A DNA stretch of 64,000 nucleotides from Eledone cirrhosa (GCA_964016885.1 OZ024741.1:168888001-168952000), one strand, 5' to 3'. Positions 27,978 through 41,599 are shown, counted from the stretch's first letter. Made by a program: numbers and translations. The notes: generated by a model from the sequence alone, not told the origin.

Positions 27978-28480
27978 GAAGACTGTGCACTGAGCCAATC
28001 CCACTCTCTGAGTGACAGTAGCTATAACCCGAAAAGATCAACATCATCGGTAACTACTGAGCCGCAGGTTTTATGTGGGAGTTACCCCAGTTTCCTGAGT
28101 TGCCTTCTCCTAGAAGAATGCCATGACAAAGGCTAGAGGTCCTTCACTCCCAGTGGTTTAACCACGCGATCGGGTATCCAGCCTGATTGTTTCTATGTGC
28201 CCGCGCATATACATACACATGCATACATGTATATACATATATACATATACACATATATACATATGTATATACATATTTACACACTTTTGGATGACCGTTG
28301 ACTTTTATGAGTTCTTCCGCCGTTTGTCAGGTTTTGTTTTTTGTCCTGCAGAGTGTCCAAAATCACCCTCCTCACCAAGTAAACTTGGTGGGATTGCTGT
28401 TTTAGTCGCTGACGAGTCGACCATGCGACAGGTTGTACTGGGTTATATGTTATCAGTAGCACTCAAGAGTGACTCGACAT
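27978..28480 (-). mobile_element. RTE-derived non-autonomous element, sister family of 15484-16115 (also at 60465-60772)
   Basis: Shared blocks ccttctcctagaa, cctcctcaccaag, tttagtcgc..gaccatg..acaggttgtactggg; adjacent (TACA)n. Confidence 0.7.
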
Positions 28481-28536
28481 AACAAACATACATATATACA
28501 TACATACATACATACATACATACATACATACTACGT

Positions 28537-28598
<62 letters not shown>

Positions 28599-28689
28599 GT
28601 GTGTATGTGTGTTAAACGGAACAAACAATTTCGAAATATTTTATTTTAAATACGCTATTCTTTGTTATAAAATTAAGAATTTTCAAAAC

Positions 28690-30495
28690 TCAACTAAAAG
28701 TGCTTTCGAAAAAAAGCCAAGATGTTCACAGATGACATAGTTATGGAGTTTGGAATAGATAAGTATACCAAAGCTACATTTAAATGGGGGTTAAAAAGTT
28801 AACACAGTGAATCAATTAGGCTTAAAACGACACAGTGGTCTCCTCACTCGAAACTTAGATCAGAAGGGTGTCTACAAATACCTAAGAGTTAATGAAGAAG
28901 CTTTTACGAAATATGTCACAATGAAGGTAAAAATGAAGAGCTATTCTACAGGCGAACTGAATGAATAAATAGAATAATTGTCATAAACATCGTAGCAGTT
29001 CCAGCATCGTCAACTGAAATATTATGAAATCAAATGCATAGATACAAAAATCTAAAAGATACTAACATGCAACAAAATGCACTACCCCAGTGTAGATATT
29101 GATCCTTTGTATCTGCAGAAATATCAAAAGAGACAGTTAATTACACATCTGGAACTTTAATATAAAACCACAACAACAAGGAGGTTTAAAGACCTAGAGT
29201 TCACAGAATACTGGATATGTCAACAGGTCTTAGACTAAAAAGGGAAACTATACTCCATTGCAAACGAAATTAAAAACATCCCCCAGAAGATAATGTAAAT
29301 CTTTAAAGAAATGGCCAACAGACAAAAGCTGCCACAAATCAAGCTAAAATCATCAAACAGCGAAAAAGCAATTAATCAAAGGATTGATGGTGACAAAAGC
29401 TTCTGCTTGGACAGTATGTACTCCGAAGCAAAGATATTGGTGTAGACCAGAAAACAACCCATCAGTAGCTGAGGAATTCAGAACTAAAAGTCTAACCAGG
29501 AGGATTCATATTGGCAGCACAAGACCACTGTTTGCTGACCGGGAACTAAAAACTGGAGCAGATCCAAAATGAAAGTTTTTGTTATTTCCATATACGTAGT
29601 ATTTCAGACGATATACATATACATATTATTTCAGGCTGCTCCGGTACTGGTCCAAATGTGTGTGTATGAATTGCGATGAGAATTGCGATTATTTTGTAGT
29701 GATTGCAGAGCTTCCAGGCCAGTCCCTGCACTGGAAGCTCTGCAATCACTACAAAATAAAAACAGCATGTACAGCTGACTGACCTCCACTGTAAAATCGA
29801 AATTACAGCAGCCCGTCTGAGGAAGGAGCCCCGTGAGGTCGGGTGACTGTTGTAGCGTGTGCCGCTGACCATTATCCGCGGAAATAACTTTGCCATTTTG
29901 TTCGCAGGGCGCAGCCAAAACACAGCTCTGACTTAGGAGTAGCGACTAAGACCCTCTCCCCTTCTCCCTTTCTTTCTCTCGTTGATCAATAATCCTTATA
30001 CTTTCTCTCCTTTTCCTATCATTTATAGAATTAATAGTCCTTTCTTCCTATACTACTTTCTTTTTCTATATTTTTCACTAAATATTCAAATCTTTATTAG
30101 TTTTATGTAATTTTATCCTAGAAATATATTTTAGTATTTTGAAATAAAAAATACCCTGGAATTTCAGAGTACAGACTAGGCCATTCAAGAAAAATACACC
30201 CGATATTATCAAGAGGACAATAAAAATAAAACCCGTAAAATTAATTGATATGAATATTCCATTAGTAAAAGAATTTGAAAAAGCTATGTAATTAAATACA
30301 AAGACCTGGAGATAGAGACTAAACAGATGTGGTACCTAGAAATGAAAGCAGTCGCACTCATGTTAGTGGTCTTAGATTTCATAAAGGAAAAAAAAAGGAT
30401 GTGAGCAACATTTTACCGGCATCTCAGGTGAACCATGAAATTCAAAATTTAGTATTACGTTGCACACTTACTACATAAAGCCCTCTCAATTTAAA
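28690..30495 (+). mobile_element. Highly degraded R4/Dong-like LINE, interrupted at ~29640-30150
   Basis: Residual DIVMEFGIDKY, YKYL, THQ*LRNSELK, AAQD and KYKDLEIE matching the R4 copies above. Confidence 0.7.
29689..29759. repeat. Perfect 29-bp stem with 13-nt loop
   Basis: ttattttgtagtgattgcagagcttccag / ctggaagctctgcaatcactacaaaataa. Confidence 0.9.
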
Positions 30496-30889
30496 CAAGA
30501 ATTATAGAATACCTATAAGGTAATGTAACACACCCTGTAAATTTGAAGATAGTTGACAACCACGTGGTTTGGGCTCCAGTCGTACTGAACGACACATTAG
30601 ACAAGTGACCCCTGGGCTTGAGGGAAGGAATATAAGTGACATTTGGTAGATGTAAACTGTGTAGAAAATGTTCAGAATGAGCGTTAATGTTCGGGTGGGT
30701 ATTGACTTGAATACTTAACAGGTTTAACACCATCACCTGTCCTTAACTGTCAGTAGTGGAGTCCATTGCATTGCAAGCATTTGGGCTAGTTTCCTGGTCT
30801 GACGATAACTTTTACTTGTTTTCTCATTAGTCACGAAGATCATGAGAAGTGTACAGTCACTGCCTTTTCATCACTGAATGTGCCATTTA

Positions 30890-32392
30890 CCCTTTTGATA
30901 CCAAACTTCCTTCTGGTTCTATGTTTATTTCAAAGTGTTTATATTTATCTAAAAACTTTCCTTATAATATTATGTAAAAACCTTTGTTTACTTACGTTCT
31001 AAACACTAGTTAGATAACATCAAAGTTAGTTATATTACTCAATCCTTCTAAATTCTTGATTATTTTCAAAATGATTTGAAAACCATATGCAGAAATATAT
31101 AATGAAATTATTTTTTAAAATGACATACTCAATCTGTACAAATTGTGCATATCATTACAACAGTTTAGTGCAATCACCTTCAAGTATTGTTATGAAATAG
31201 ACACTGAACATGTGCTATAAATACAATTAATCAATTATAATATTTGTAATTTGCATGAATTCTGCAGACGATTTGAGTTTCTGAAGCTGTGCAGTAATTA
31301 GCATCTAACTGGCATCTAGTTGCAATAAAATTTAATTAAAACCTTGGCAATGTTAGTGGTAATTGTTGTTTGACATACATCTTTATTTTTGAATTCGTTG
31401 AGAACTTGTAATTAAATGCTACACGTCGCCGCTTTTATATCCTCTCATATATTTCGGTTGGTCAAAGAGGAGACAATCATGGTAGAGGAATGGAAGATAT
31501 GGATTGCATGGACAGCAGATAACATGTAATCAAAAGATTCGAAGATTCTTAATTAAATTGTCTTTCAACTATTTCCATAATAATAAAATCAATCTAAGCA
31601 ATAATTAAATACTAAAGAACCAACAGTTAATGTACCGTTGCAAAATGCGGTCTCCAACTAAAACACGACGCCAACAGCCCAAAGTCAGCAGATGGGAAAC
31701 CACAAGCCTGCCAATTTAGCCAACTTACTTTGAACGGAAGAAATAGACGCACCAGGCTGGATGTCTTGTGTAATGTTGTTCTTCGCCGCCGAGTTCACAC
31801 TGACTATTCACATCGCAAACATTACACCGACTGTCTTTACCAAGCTGCTAACCTCAGACCGACTGCTTTCGTTGCCAACCTCACACTAACTCCTGCATTG
31901 GCAATTCCACCGGTTTAAGTAGTCTACCTCCAATAAAACACACAGAAAATCCATGCATCATACTTCAAACCAGTCATGCGATCCATTGTTCGTTTTTCCT
32001 CGCTTTCTTTTCTAGATCTGGGGAGCAGTGTTTCGAATTCGAGCGATACCATTTGCAACTGATAATTGACTTTAAAATCTCCTTTTCTTACTACATTTCT
32101 AATGCAAGACTGTCTATGGTTTTCAAATAATTTTGAAAATTATCAAGAATTTGGAAGACATTTAGTAACATAACTTGCTCATCATTAAGCTGGTGTTTAA
32201 AATGTAACCGAGCAAAAGTTCTTGCGGGAAATATGTTGGAAGATTAAAATATTTCTTATAAAAGTGATTTAATAATACAACTTATCATATAATAATATAA
32301 CTAAAGATTTTCATATAAATATAAAAACTTTAAATGGATAGTTATGTATCCTATAACCAGGGACAGTCTGAGGTGCTTTGGTATCGAAAGAG
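30890..32392. mobile_element. TTAA-type (piggyBac-like) non-autonomous DNA transposon
   Basis: Ends ttta|cccttttgataccaaa ... tttggtatcgaaagag|ttaa; a related end lies at ~20972-20992. Confidence 0.55.
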
Positions 32393-32734
32393 TTAAGACA
32401 AGGTGATATGGAAATTAAGACAAAAATGAGGTGGCCATGCGATAGGAATAAATCCGAATGTATAGGCACACGAAGATAGAGAAAATTGTGGTTGGTTTGT
32501 TATTCTGTGGGTTGTTTATTACTTCACTGGTGTCATTCAATATACTGCCTTTAAAAGATTTTGTCAATTATATCAACCCAGTATTTATTTATCTGGTACT
32601 TGTTTTACCGAGCTCGTTTTGTTAAACTGCTAAGTTACAGTCCACAAACAAACAATAATTGTACCTCCATATGCACACACACACACACACACCCACACAT
32701 ACACACATATATATATATATAAATATATATATAT

Positions 32735-32881
32735 AACAAAGAAGGTGTGGTCAGATACCAGGTGGACCATAACGCAAGAGTACTCGATACTTAGGGTAGC
32801 TCCGGCCGTTTCGACAGCTATATCTGAGTTCGGACCTAGCTGTTGAAACGGTCAGAGCTCAGCCGTCGGGGTCCTGACTCT

Positions 32882-32886
<5 letters not shown>
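32735..32886 (-). mobile_element. Family A fold-back element, older, with internal deletion
   Basis: Reverse tail, then ccgtttcgacagcta..tagctgttgaaacgg, with the short arm ending ttttca(TA)n. Confidence 0.75.
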
Positions 32887-32918
<32 letters not shown>

Positions 32919-32921
<3 letters not shown>

Positions 32922-33262
32922 TATAAAATTACAAAACGATTGATCTATATAAAAATATGTCAAACATTAACAGGAGATAATTTGCAAAGGATGTAAGAAC
33001 ATATAATTACAATGTCAATGTCAGGTATTTATATTTTGTTAAATCTAAATATGCCGCCTTTTGTAATTATATGTTCTTACATCTTTTGTAAATCATCTCC
33101 TGTTAGTGTTTGATATATTTATGTATATGATAATCGTGTTTTAATTTTATAATAAATGCTCGGATTTATTCCTTAGAATTTTTTTTAGAGCTTCCCTTAC
33201 AGGCTATATGGCGCTTGTCTGAAATTTTTTCAGGCATGACAACTTTATTCTCGTTAGTAATA
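32919..33262 (+). mobile_element. Diverged fold-back element + ~105-nt tail in (TA)n (no HHR core visible)
   Basis: Arms ~32919-33012 and ~33061-33153; the tail opens with GCTC...GAGC. Confidence 0.7.
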
Positions 33263-33415
33263 CATATATATATATATATATATATGCAAAAGTTTTATTT
33301 TAAATTGTTGGGTTACAAGAAGTAAATATTTTATAACTGAAATAAAGCACTCGACAAGTTTTGGAGTAGATATACGATATTAAACAAATGGAAACTATAT
33401 TTATAAAACCATATT

Positions 33416-33481
33416 TATTTCATTATACATATTTCGGGGATACCATATTAAAAATATGGCATGCCTTCTTCAGATAAAATA
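33416..33481 (-). ncRNA. Type-I hammerhead (family B) in a tailed pLTR-like copy starting at (TA)n ~33285
   Basis: Minus strand: tattttat-CTGAAGA-aggcatgccatatt..aatatggtatcccc-GAAA-tatgta-TA-atgaaata. Confidence 0.8.
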
Positions 33482-34054
33482 CAATATATAAACAGTTTTA
33501 TAAATAATTTTGACGTACCATAAATATTGAGCAACCGTTATGTAGGAAGCCGTTTTGGTAGTGAGATGCTTATAAATATTTAGTGTTAAGCACAGTTAAA
33601 AAGAAAGACGGAGAAAAAGAAGAAATGTATGTAAAGAAAAACAGAGAGAAATAGAGAGAGATAGGGGAGAGAGAGATAGTGAGGAGGTGAAAAAAGAGAG
33701 GCAGCTGAAGGCAACAGATGAATAATAAAAATTCATCATACAAATTGAGAGATTTAGGAGGGAGGAAGTACTGTAATTATTTAGTTATAGTGTTAAGGAC
33801 AGTTATGGAGGAGATGGAGAGAAAAAATGAAGATAAAACAGAGAGAGAGAAAGATAGAGGTGGGGGGAAAAAGAAAGAGGTAGACCAAATAATAATAATT
33901 ATATAGGGGGAGGTGAAAATCAAGAGAGAAATACAAGAGAGAAATAGGAGAGAAATAAGAGAGAAACTCAAGAGGCAAAGTCAGAACAACAGATACATAG
34001 ACTTCATCATATATAAAGAGGGAGGAGAAGAAAGAGCTATATCTAGAGAGAGGG

Positions 34055-34095
<41 letters not shown>

Positions 34096-34124
34096 TGTGT
34101 GTGTGTGAGTGTGTGTGTGTGTGC

Positions 34125-34442
34125 GCAGAAAGTTCAGAAAGTCCGAAGAAAACTGGAGAGAACCAAAGTCAGCACTCGATGCAGAGCAAAGTGTACATAC
34201 TAAGAACAAAGTGGAAGTGTTACATAGAAGATGTATTGCTCAATCCTGGTTACAAGCAGCCGGCTCGGTTTCTGCTTGTTTGTGCCTGGCTTGTTCGTCC
34301 ACAGATTTGATGTGGATTTCGTTGTGTTAACACTGGTCTGAGGATCAGGCAGACTTCGAGTCTGGTCTGATGCCAACCCAGATCACGAGCCGTTTGCTTG
34401 GGAAACATTTGTAATCAGGATTGGGCAATAAATCTCCTATGT

Positions 34443-34446
<4 letters not shown>
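34125..34446. mobile_element. Fold-back mini-element with left tail, between (GT)n and (TA)n
   Basis: Arms ~34218-34256 and ~34409-34446; contains the HHR at 34333. Confidence 0.75.
34333..34418 (+). ncRNA. Type-I hammerhead, intact core, long stem II
   Basis: ctggt-CTGAGGA-tcaggcagac...gtttgcttgg-GAAA-cattt-GTA-atcag. Confidence 0.8.
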
Positions 34447-34480
<34 letters not shown>

Positions 34481-34606
34481 AAGTTTTATTTAAATTGTTG
34501 GGTTACAACGAGTAAATATTTATAACTGATATAAAAGCACTCAACAAGTATTTGGAGTATATTTACGATATTAAATAAATGGAAACTATATTTATAAAAC
34601 CATATT

Positions 34607-34672
34607 TATTTCATTATATATATTTCAGGGATATCATATTAAAAATATGGTATGCCTTCTTCAGACAAAATA
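34607..34672 (-). ncRNA. Type-I hammerhead (family B), intact core
   Basis: Minus strand: tattttgt-CTGAAGA-aggcataccatatt..aatatgatatccct-GAAA-tatata-TA-atgaaata. Confidence 0.82.
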
Positions 34673-36092
34673 CAATATAAACAGTCTTATAAATAGATAG
34701 ATTTGACATACCTTACAACTTCAACTTCCATTTAAAAAGTTGATTTGGTAGTGAAAAATGTTAAAAAAGAAAGAAAGAAAGAAAGCGAAGAAAAAGAAGA
34801 AATGCATGCAACGAAAAACAGAGAGAGATAGATATAGAGAGATAGATATAGAGAGATAGATATAGAGAGATAGATAGAGAGAAGAAATTCATGTAAAGAA
34901 ACAGAGAGAGATAGATAGAGAGAGAAAAAAACACGGAGGGAGATAGATAGAGATAGAGAGAGAAGAGAGAGAGAGAAAAAATAGAGAGAGATAGATATAG
35001 ATAGAGATAGAGAGAAAGAAAATAGGTAGTTGGGCACCAGTTGAATGACGTATCAATGATATATTTATTTATTTATTTATTTATTTATTTAGTTCTAGTA
35101 TTAAGGTAGAGAGAGATATATGTGGTTAGGAGAGAAAACAGCCGTTACATAGAGAGAAAAGAAAAATATCCAGAGATAAACGAGGCAGATTTAAAACATT
35201 ATGTTTCATCAATCTAAAAATATCAATTCGTATGAATTAGGTATTATAATGTAAATATCAGTATTCATGAATGAGACACGTATCAATAATGTGTGAAAAA
35301 TAATGATCATATGTCTAGTTTAAAATTCCTAGGTTTATATCAGAACTGAGATAAAAACTGAGATATAAAACTGAAATAAAAAACTGAGATAAAAAACTTC
35401 AAAAAAAAATTGAAATACATAAGTATATATGCACTTTCATGAAAAAAGAAAAAAAGAAAAAGAAAAAGAAAATAGAAGGTTATCCCAGATTCGATACTAT
35501 AGACTTCCATGTGAATTTACGTGATCAACTCTGCAAATTCCTATTTCACATGAAAACATTCTCATTGTGCTATAAAAATTCTAGTATACATATATGTGTA
35601 CATACACACAAATATATATAGAATCTACATTAATTTTAACAACACTATTCTTGTCTTTACTCTACATGATTATCGTTCAAGCATAAATAGACAACAGATA
35701 TCAATATATCAATAAAAATATCAAAAAATTAAAAAATATTAAAAATAAAACACAGTATGCCCCGCAAATCAACCACAGAGATCAACCCTTCAAAATTAAT
35801 TGACAATATATTGCCAAGTTCATTATAAGCATCAGAATCAAAAGCAAACAAAACCAAAATTATTTACCAAATCCTGTCTAGCAGAAATCATTCCAAAAGT
35901 TTAGGATACCCATTTGATCTACAGATGGTCTTATATTTATTATAGAAGTTTATCTAGTGTAAAATTTATTCGATATATTTGGAGCATCAGCTTTTAGGGT
36001 AGTTTAATTATTCATGAAGAATGTTTAAAAAAAAGAAATCGAAAGATTTATCGGCGAGTTTCATAAATAATTATAAATCATAAGTAAATATA

Positions 36093-36995
36093 CTACATTT
36101 TAAATTTATATTTATATTTAAAAGTTGAGTTCAATCTATGTCTGCAGCAACTGAATAAATTTGTCCGTAAATTAAGGGAATTTTTAGATTTTAGTATAAA
36201 GAATATCTCCTCCGCGCAGAGGTCACATGTCTCAGAGGATGAATTAAAAGGAATCCCTCTTGAGACTATATTCCAAGCCGTCGAATATCCAACGTTATCA
36301 TGCTTAAGTTGCCAGAGTAAGCCTGATAGTGATGTTGAAGATTTTTTGCTTGGATCTGTGAAAGAAATCTTGTGGTTATTATAGCGAAGTTTAAATTCTG
36401 TCGAGGTGGAACCAACATAGTTAAAAGAATTTAAGTCCGTTTTAACATTACAGTTGTATATTATATTTTTAACTAAGCAATTGTTATTTAACGGACATTT
36501 AGATCTATCTCTACAGTTACATTTGTTTACTTGGATATTATTTATGCTATTATCAGTATTTTGGCTAGGTTTTAAATTCCTATTATTTATTCTATTAATA
36601 TTTTGTGCTAAATTTTTGGTGGATGAGTAAGTTAATTTTATAGTATGTCTATTGAAAATTGAGTGATACCTATGTGTTCTAGGGAAGCGATTATCAAGAG
36701 CATTAAAAAATAGTTTAGCGATGTGGGTTTTAATGTTTAGTGAGAAAGGGGGGGGGGCAAACCATATTATATTCCTAGTTCTATTTCTTTTTTGGCTTTT
36801 GGAATTATTGTAATGCTTTCTATTATAGTTGTTAAAGTTGTTGCCGTAATTAAAATTGTTGTTATTTTGGTTAGTTTGTCTATTATTATCTATGTACATA
36901 ATTTTATCACTATGTCCTGCTCTAGCTAACGCTTCATTGTAATACTGGGCTTTTTCGTCGAAAATCTTTTTATTAGATAAGATTCTAGAGATACG
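36093..36995 (-). mobile_element. Penelope-like element, linker + GIY-YIG ORF fragment; its 3'UTR may extend to the family-B pLTR at 34478
   Basis: RNIIWFAPPPFS; CNCRDRSKCPLNNNC; NIIYNC..YVGST..FKLRYNNH; CDLCAEE; LNLRTNLFSCCRH. Confidence 0.9.
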
Positions 36996-37702
36996 TTAAA
37001 TATAATACTACACTTCAGACTAGTGCCTTTATTACAAATACTGATCCCTCATGCATTTCAAACCCATCACTGTTTCTGTCCCTCGTCATTAGAACCGTAT
37101 GCGTTTTCTCACACTTTATCACCACTACCTTAACCAACCATTCCTTCGATTCCAACTCTCTCAATGTCTATGTCACTACTTCACGTGGAACCTTATTGAA
37201 AGCTTTCTCCAGATCAACAAACTTAAAAAATACACTCCTGATAAATAATTATACATTATATATAGTCTGTACTATATGTTCCAAAGAAGCCCTGAATGAA
37301 ATTATGCGCATAAATATCAAAGCATATAAATTGATATCTACATAATAAAATAGAATTTACAAATTACATTTTCTAGATGAAAGATGACACTGGAAATCTA
37401 TAATTTGCATAGAAGTTTATGTTCACCGTTCAGTGAGATTGCCCAATATGTTTTGATCCGTAGTGTTCGTTATTTCAAATATAATTCTTTCCAGATTTTA
37501 AAAGGAGCATTCTCCACTGCATTAAGTGACCCTGAATAACAAATTGGTTCTCCAGTCATCTTTCTAAATTTAGGAATCTGAAGCAATATCAATATTAAAT
37601 ATTTCTGTAAGCCGCTCCAAATCTTCACCGAGTTACTCATCCTATGATTTAAGACAATTTGTTAACCTCTTCGAAATCTTTTCAAATGTACATGGCGAAA
37701 AT

Positions 37703-37893
37703 TAATAATTGTTTCTACTTTTGACACAAGGCCAGCAATTACCCAGTGCATTACTGGTACTTTTTATTTTATCGACCCCGTAAGGATGAAAGGCAAAGTT
37801 AACCTCGAGGGGATTTGAACTCAGACCGTAAAGGGACGTAACTATGCTGGAAAGCATGGCGTCCGACCTTCTACCGATACTGCCAAATCACCG
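37703..37893 (-). mobile_element. tRNA-derived SINE
   Basis: Reverse complement of the SINE at 1097 / 18957. Confidence 0.85.
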
Positions 37894-39236
37894 TAATCTA
37901 AATATTCACCATTAGCCTTTTAAGGAGCTTTTTTCTGCTGTTTCAGCATGCATATAGCAAACTATCAATAATGCCAAGATATTTTCATATTTCAAAATTC
38001 TGAGATGTTTGAGATTCAAAAGGTAAATATAAAGTGATGGGTCCATTGAAATCATCATACTGGAGATTGTGTCTGTGTTCCTTCCACAATTGTTATTCAC
38101 AATCATTTCAGCATGTCCCATAATTGTTCTTTTAAACGAAGCCAGTATTTAATTGTATTCATCTGTATCTATGTTCAAATCCTGGCAAAGTCGACTTTGT
38201 CTGTAATCCACCTGGAACCAATGAAATAAGTACTAGCTATGTACTAAGGTTAATGTAACCTCTAAGCCTTACACCTTCATATCACATAAGAAATATTGAA
38301 TAAATGACAGTTACATGAAAATTTCCTGGAAGGATTGAAAAGTCTTATGATTTCATGATATATATCGTCCATGCTGTATATCCATGTCAACAATGACAAC
38401 TTTCTCAGCTTCGATTCTATTGATGTAATTTCAGCCTTAACTTCTTTTGTGAATTTCCATAACGGATCTGAAATATTGACATTGCTCTCATGTTTGTCCC
38501 AATTTGAAAAGGTTAAATAAGTGCTCTTTCAATTTCTATTACTGATGAGAAATGTTCAAGCTATAGATAAAATATAGAATGATATTAGTTTTAGTAACCT
38601 TTTTTACTTAAATTTCGAACATCCATTTCCATTATAATTCTAACATATAAACATTGCTCTCGTGTTTGTTCCAGTTTGGAAAATCTAAACGGTGATTTTT
38701 CTTTTCTATTGCTATTAAGAAATGTCTGGGCTATAGATAAAGAATAGAATGACATCAGTCTTAGTTACCTTTATTCTCAGTTGAGATAAAGAAAGAGGAA
38801 ATGATTTATTACATGTTCTTCAATATAGCTTTATTACACTTTAGGCCAATGTTAAAGCACACACTCTATTATTTTTTTCTTTTACTGATTCCAGTCATTA
38901 GACAGAGGCCAAGATGAGGCACTGTTTTAAAATGTGTTGAAATTTCCCTTTTACTCTTTTACTGTTTTCAGTCATTAGACCGCGGCTAAACTAGAGCACG
39001 GCCTTAAAACGTGTCAGAGTTTCCCTTTATTCTTTTACTGGTCTCAGCCATTAGTCTGCGGCTTGATTTAGTTGATCATATTGACTCCAGTACTTATTTT
39101 TCTAATGTGGTACATATTTTATCGCTATGATTTTGTTGAGCAGCTAAGTTACTAGACATAATTACTGACACGGGTAAACACACATATATATAGAAGAAAC
39201 ACACACATGCATGCACACACATACACGATCACACAA

Positions 39237-39273
<37 letters not shown>

Positions 39274-39444
39274 TAAATTTAGTCCTTCATCAGTGATCTT
39301 CCAGCCTTCATTGGTATTTCATCGCTTTAAAGACCATATACCTCTGGTTGGTGCGAGCAACGGCTAAAGAAAGTCGTTGGGACACGTAAATAGGGGGAAC
39401 GAGCGAGACAGTAAACAAACAAAGATAGTAATGCAACGAAAAGT

Positions 39445-39692
39445 GAGGAAGAAGGAGTCAAGTCCCTGAAATCGATGAACATAAGTTCTGTGAAATCGTG
39501 GACGAGAGAGAATAAAGACCATCAAACCTGGTCGAAATGTGAGTAAGGAAAGAATTTCGCACAAGTCAAACAGGAGGAAGAAGAAGTCAAGTCCCTGAAA
39601 TCGATGAACATAAGTTCTGTGAAATCGTAGACGGGAGAGAATAAAGACCATCCGACCTGGAAAGAATCTCGCACAGGTCAAACGGGAGGAAG
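39445..39692. repeat. ~129-bp tandem duplication (about 2 copies)
   Basis: gaggaagaag.agtcaagtccctgaaatcgatgaacataagttctgtgaaatcgt occurs at ~39446 and ~39575. Confidence 0.8.
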
Positions 39693-40573
39693 TAGGAGAG
39701 GGAGTAGCAGAGAGTGAGTGAGTGAAAGTGTGAGGAAGAGGCTACAGAGAGAGTGACTGGTAGAGGGGGTAAAAGGAAGTGAGAGATAGAGAGAAAAGGG
39801 GAAGCAGTAAGAAAGAAACAGACGGGTCACAGCGGAGGAAAATATATATGAAAAATATGAAAACATGGCGTACATTATATATATATAATTTTAGAGAAAA
39901 CAATACCAACATCTTGAACAATTGTTTCAGAAATCATATCAGAATCCAGCTCATACAAATGAAAATTATCGATTATATAATCGATAATGGCAAATGATAA
40001 TATAACTAAACAGAGATACGATTTCATCTACAGAACCAAAAATAAAATAAATATAAAATTCAAAAGTACATGTCACTGAAAATAGGGACTACTTTAAATG
40101 TAAAGAGGGAAGAATACCAGTAGTCGTATGAATGGTCGAAACAGAATTATAATACATTTTAAATTCAAAGAAGTTAACTGTTTAAAAAATGGATATGAAA
40201 CAGGAAACAAGATGTATATAGCAAGGGGCATAAATATGATGAAAGGGTGACAATTTGATAATAAAGCAAAAATAAGTATTTAATAGAATTTAATGTTGAA
40301 ATACTAAGGAAATATTTTTAAAAAGGACGATGAGTGTTAGTATTATATTTAACGGTAGAATAAAAAAAAAATGAATTTAGGTGTGAAAAGAAATAGCGTG
40401 AAAAATTAATCAAGAGGAATCATTAAAAATAAAATAATTCAAGGGAGTGGTGTATATTAAGATAATAGAAGAAAGATAAAAAAGTATCCCTCTATCATAT
40501 TTCTTTTTAGTATTAGCCCTTCACCCCCTTTTGTGAATAATTTTATACTCTTTGACCATATTCTTTATAAATA

Positions 40574-41168
40574 CTAGCAGAAAAACCACCTTTCGGGTGG
40601 TTTTCTGCTAGCATGTGTAGTGTGTATATTGATATTATACGCAAGTATATATACATGTAGATATGATACATCAAATAAAATCGTAATTGACAATATACAC
40701 AGAAATTGAACGAAGACTGCGTTACACTGTCTTATATAATCAGTAACGTAATCCGTGATACATTAAAAAAGACGATATTATATATAAACTGCATTAGGAG
40801 AAAATTAGTGACAGAAAATTAGTATGTTTATTCAAGCGATCGCCAACCGGAAGTGTTGACATTTCAGAAATTTTAAAGAAGTGAGTCTTTAAATAAACAA
40901 AATATATTTAATCAACAGCCACGAAATTTAGTAGATAAATTATGTTATATTCATTCATTATTTATTCAAATCCCGCCAAGGTTAACTTTACCTTTCATCC
41001 TTACGGGGTCGATAAAATAAAGTACCAGTAATGTACTGGGTAATTGCTGGCCTTGTGCCAAAAGTAGAAACAATTATTTATTCAAAGTAATCCAACTTAT
41101 TTTACTAATGGGATGAACAATTATAAACCGTACGCAGTCCCGCGCTCCTCCCTTTATTATAGTTTCGA
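40574..41168 (-). mobile_element. Probable non-autonomous Helitron containing a SINE fragment (40965-41078)
   Basis: Minus strand begins A|TCgaaactataataaa and ends with hairpin ctagcagaaaaccacc-cgaaa-ggtggtttttctgCTAG|T. Confidence 0.5.
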
Positions 41169-41599
41169 TGAGTGGATTAAAAATAGTATAAACTTAAAGT
41201 GAAAAGATAGGATAGTTAAAGAAGGAAATAAAAGAATCACATATAAACCAAGAAAGAGGGTATATAGGATTAAGAAGAGGAGTTATAAATAAATATAATA
41301 GGTGGGAATAATGAAAAAGGTAATATAAAATGGGTAAAAAATAAAAAAAATGAAAATATAAAATATAAATCAACTATGAAAAAAATTTAAACTAGTTAAG
41401 GTGTGAAGGTAAGATAATGGGGTGGGGGTTTAATAGGATTAGTAAAAGTAAAATAGCTAATTTAACTAATAGAAGCTATCGATATCTCTGGGATGGACAC
41501 GTGTTAAACTTGCTCGGTAATTTTTGTTTAAATTTCTTTAGAAATTCGTCATTGTGAACTTTTATTTTTATATCAATTTGTAGAGGGACTGACAGGTTA

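Noticed and set aside
29811-29900. CTGAGGA ... GAAA spacing suggestive of a hammerhead
   Set aside because: No convincing stem I or stem III pairing.
37380-38125. Possible host exon or hAT relic (ORF 37912-38121)
   Set aside because: Multiple stops and only a weak SGECSF-like motif; not supportable.
39270-39300. Minus-strand CTGATGA next to (TA)n
   Set aside because: Truncated by the microsatellite before any GAAA/UH half; cannot be called.
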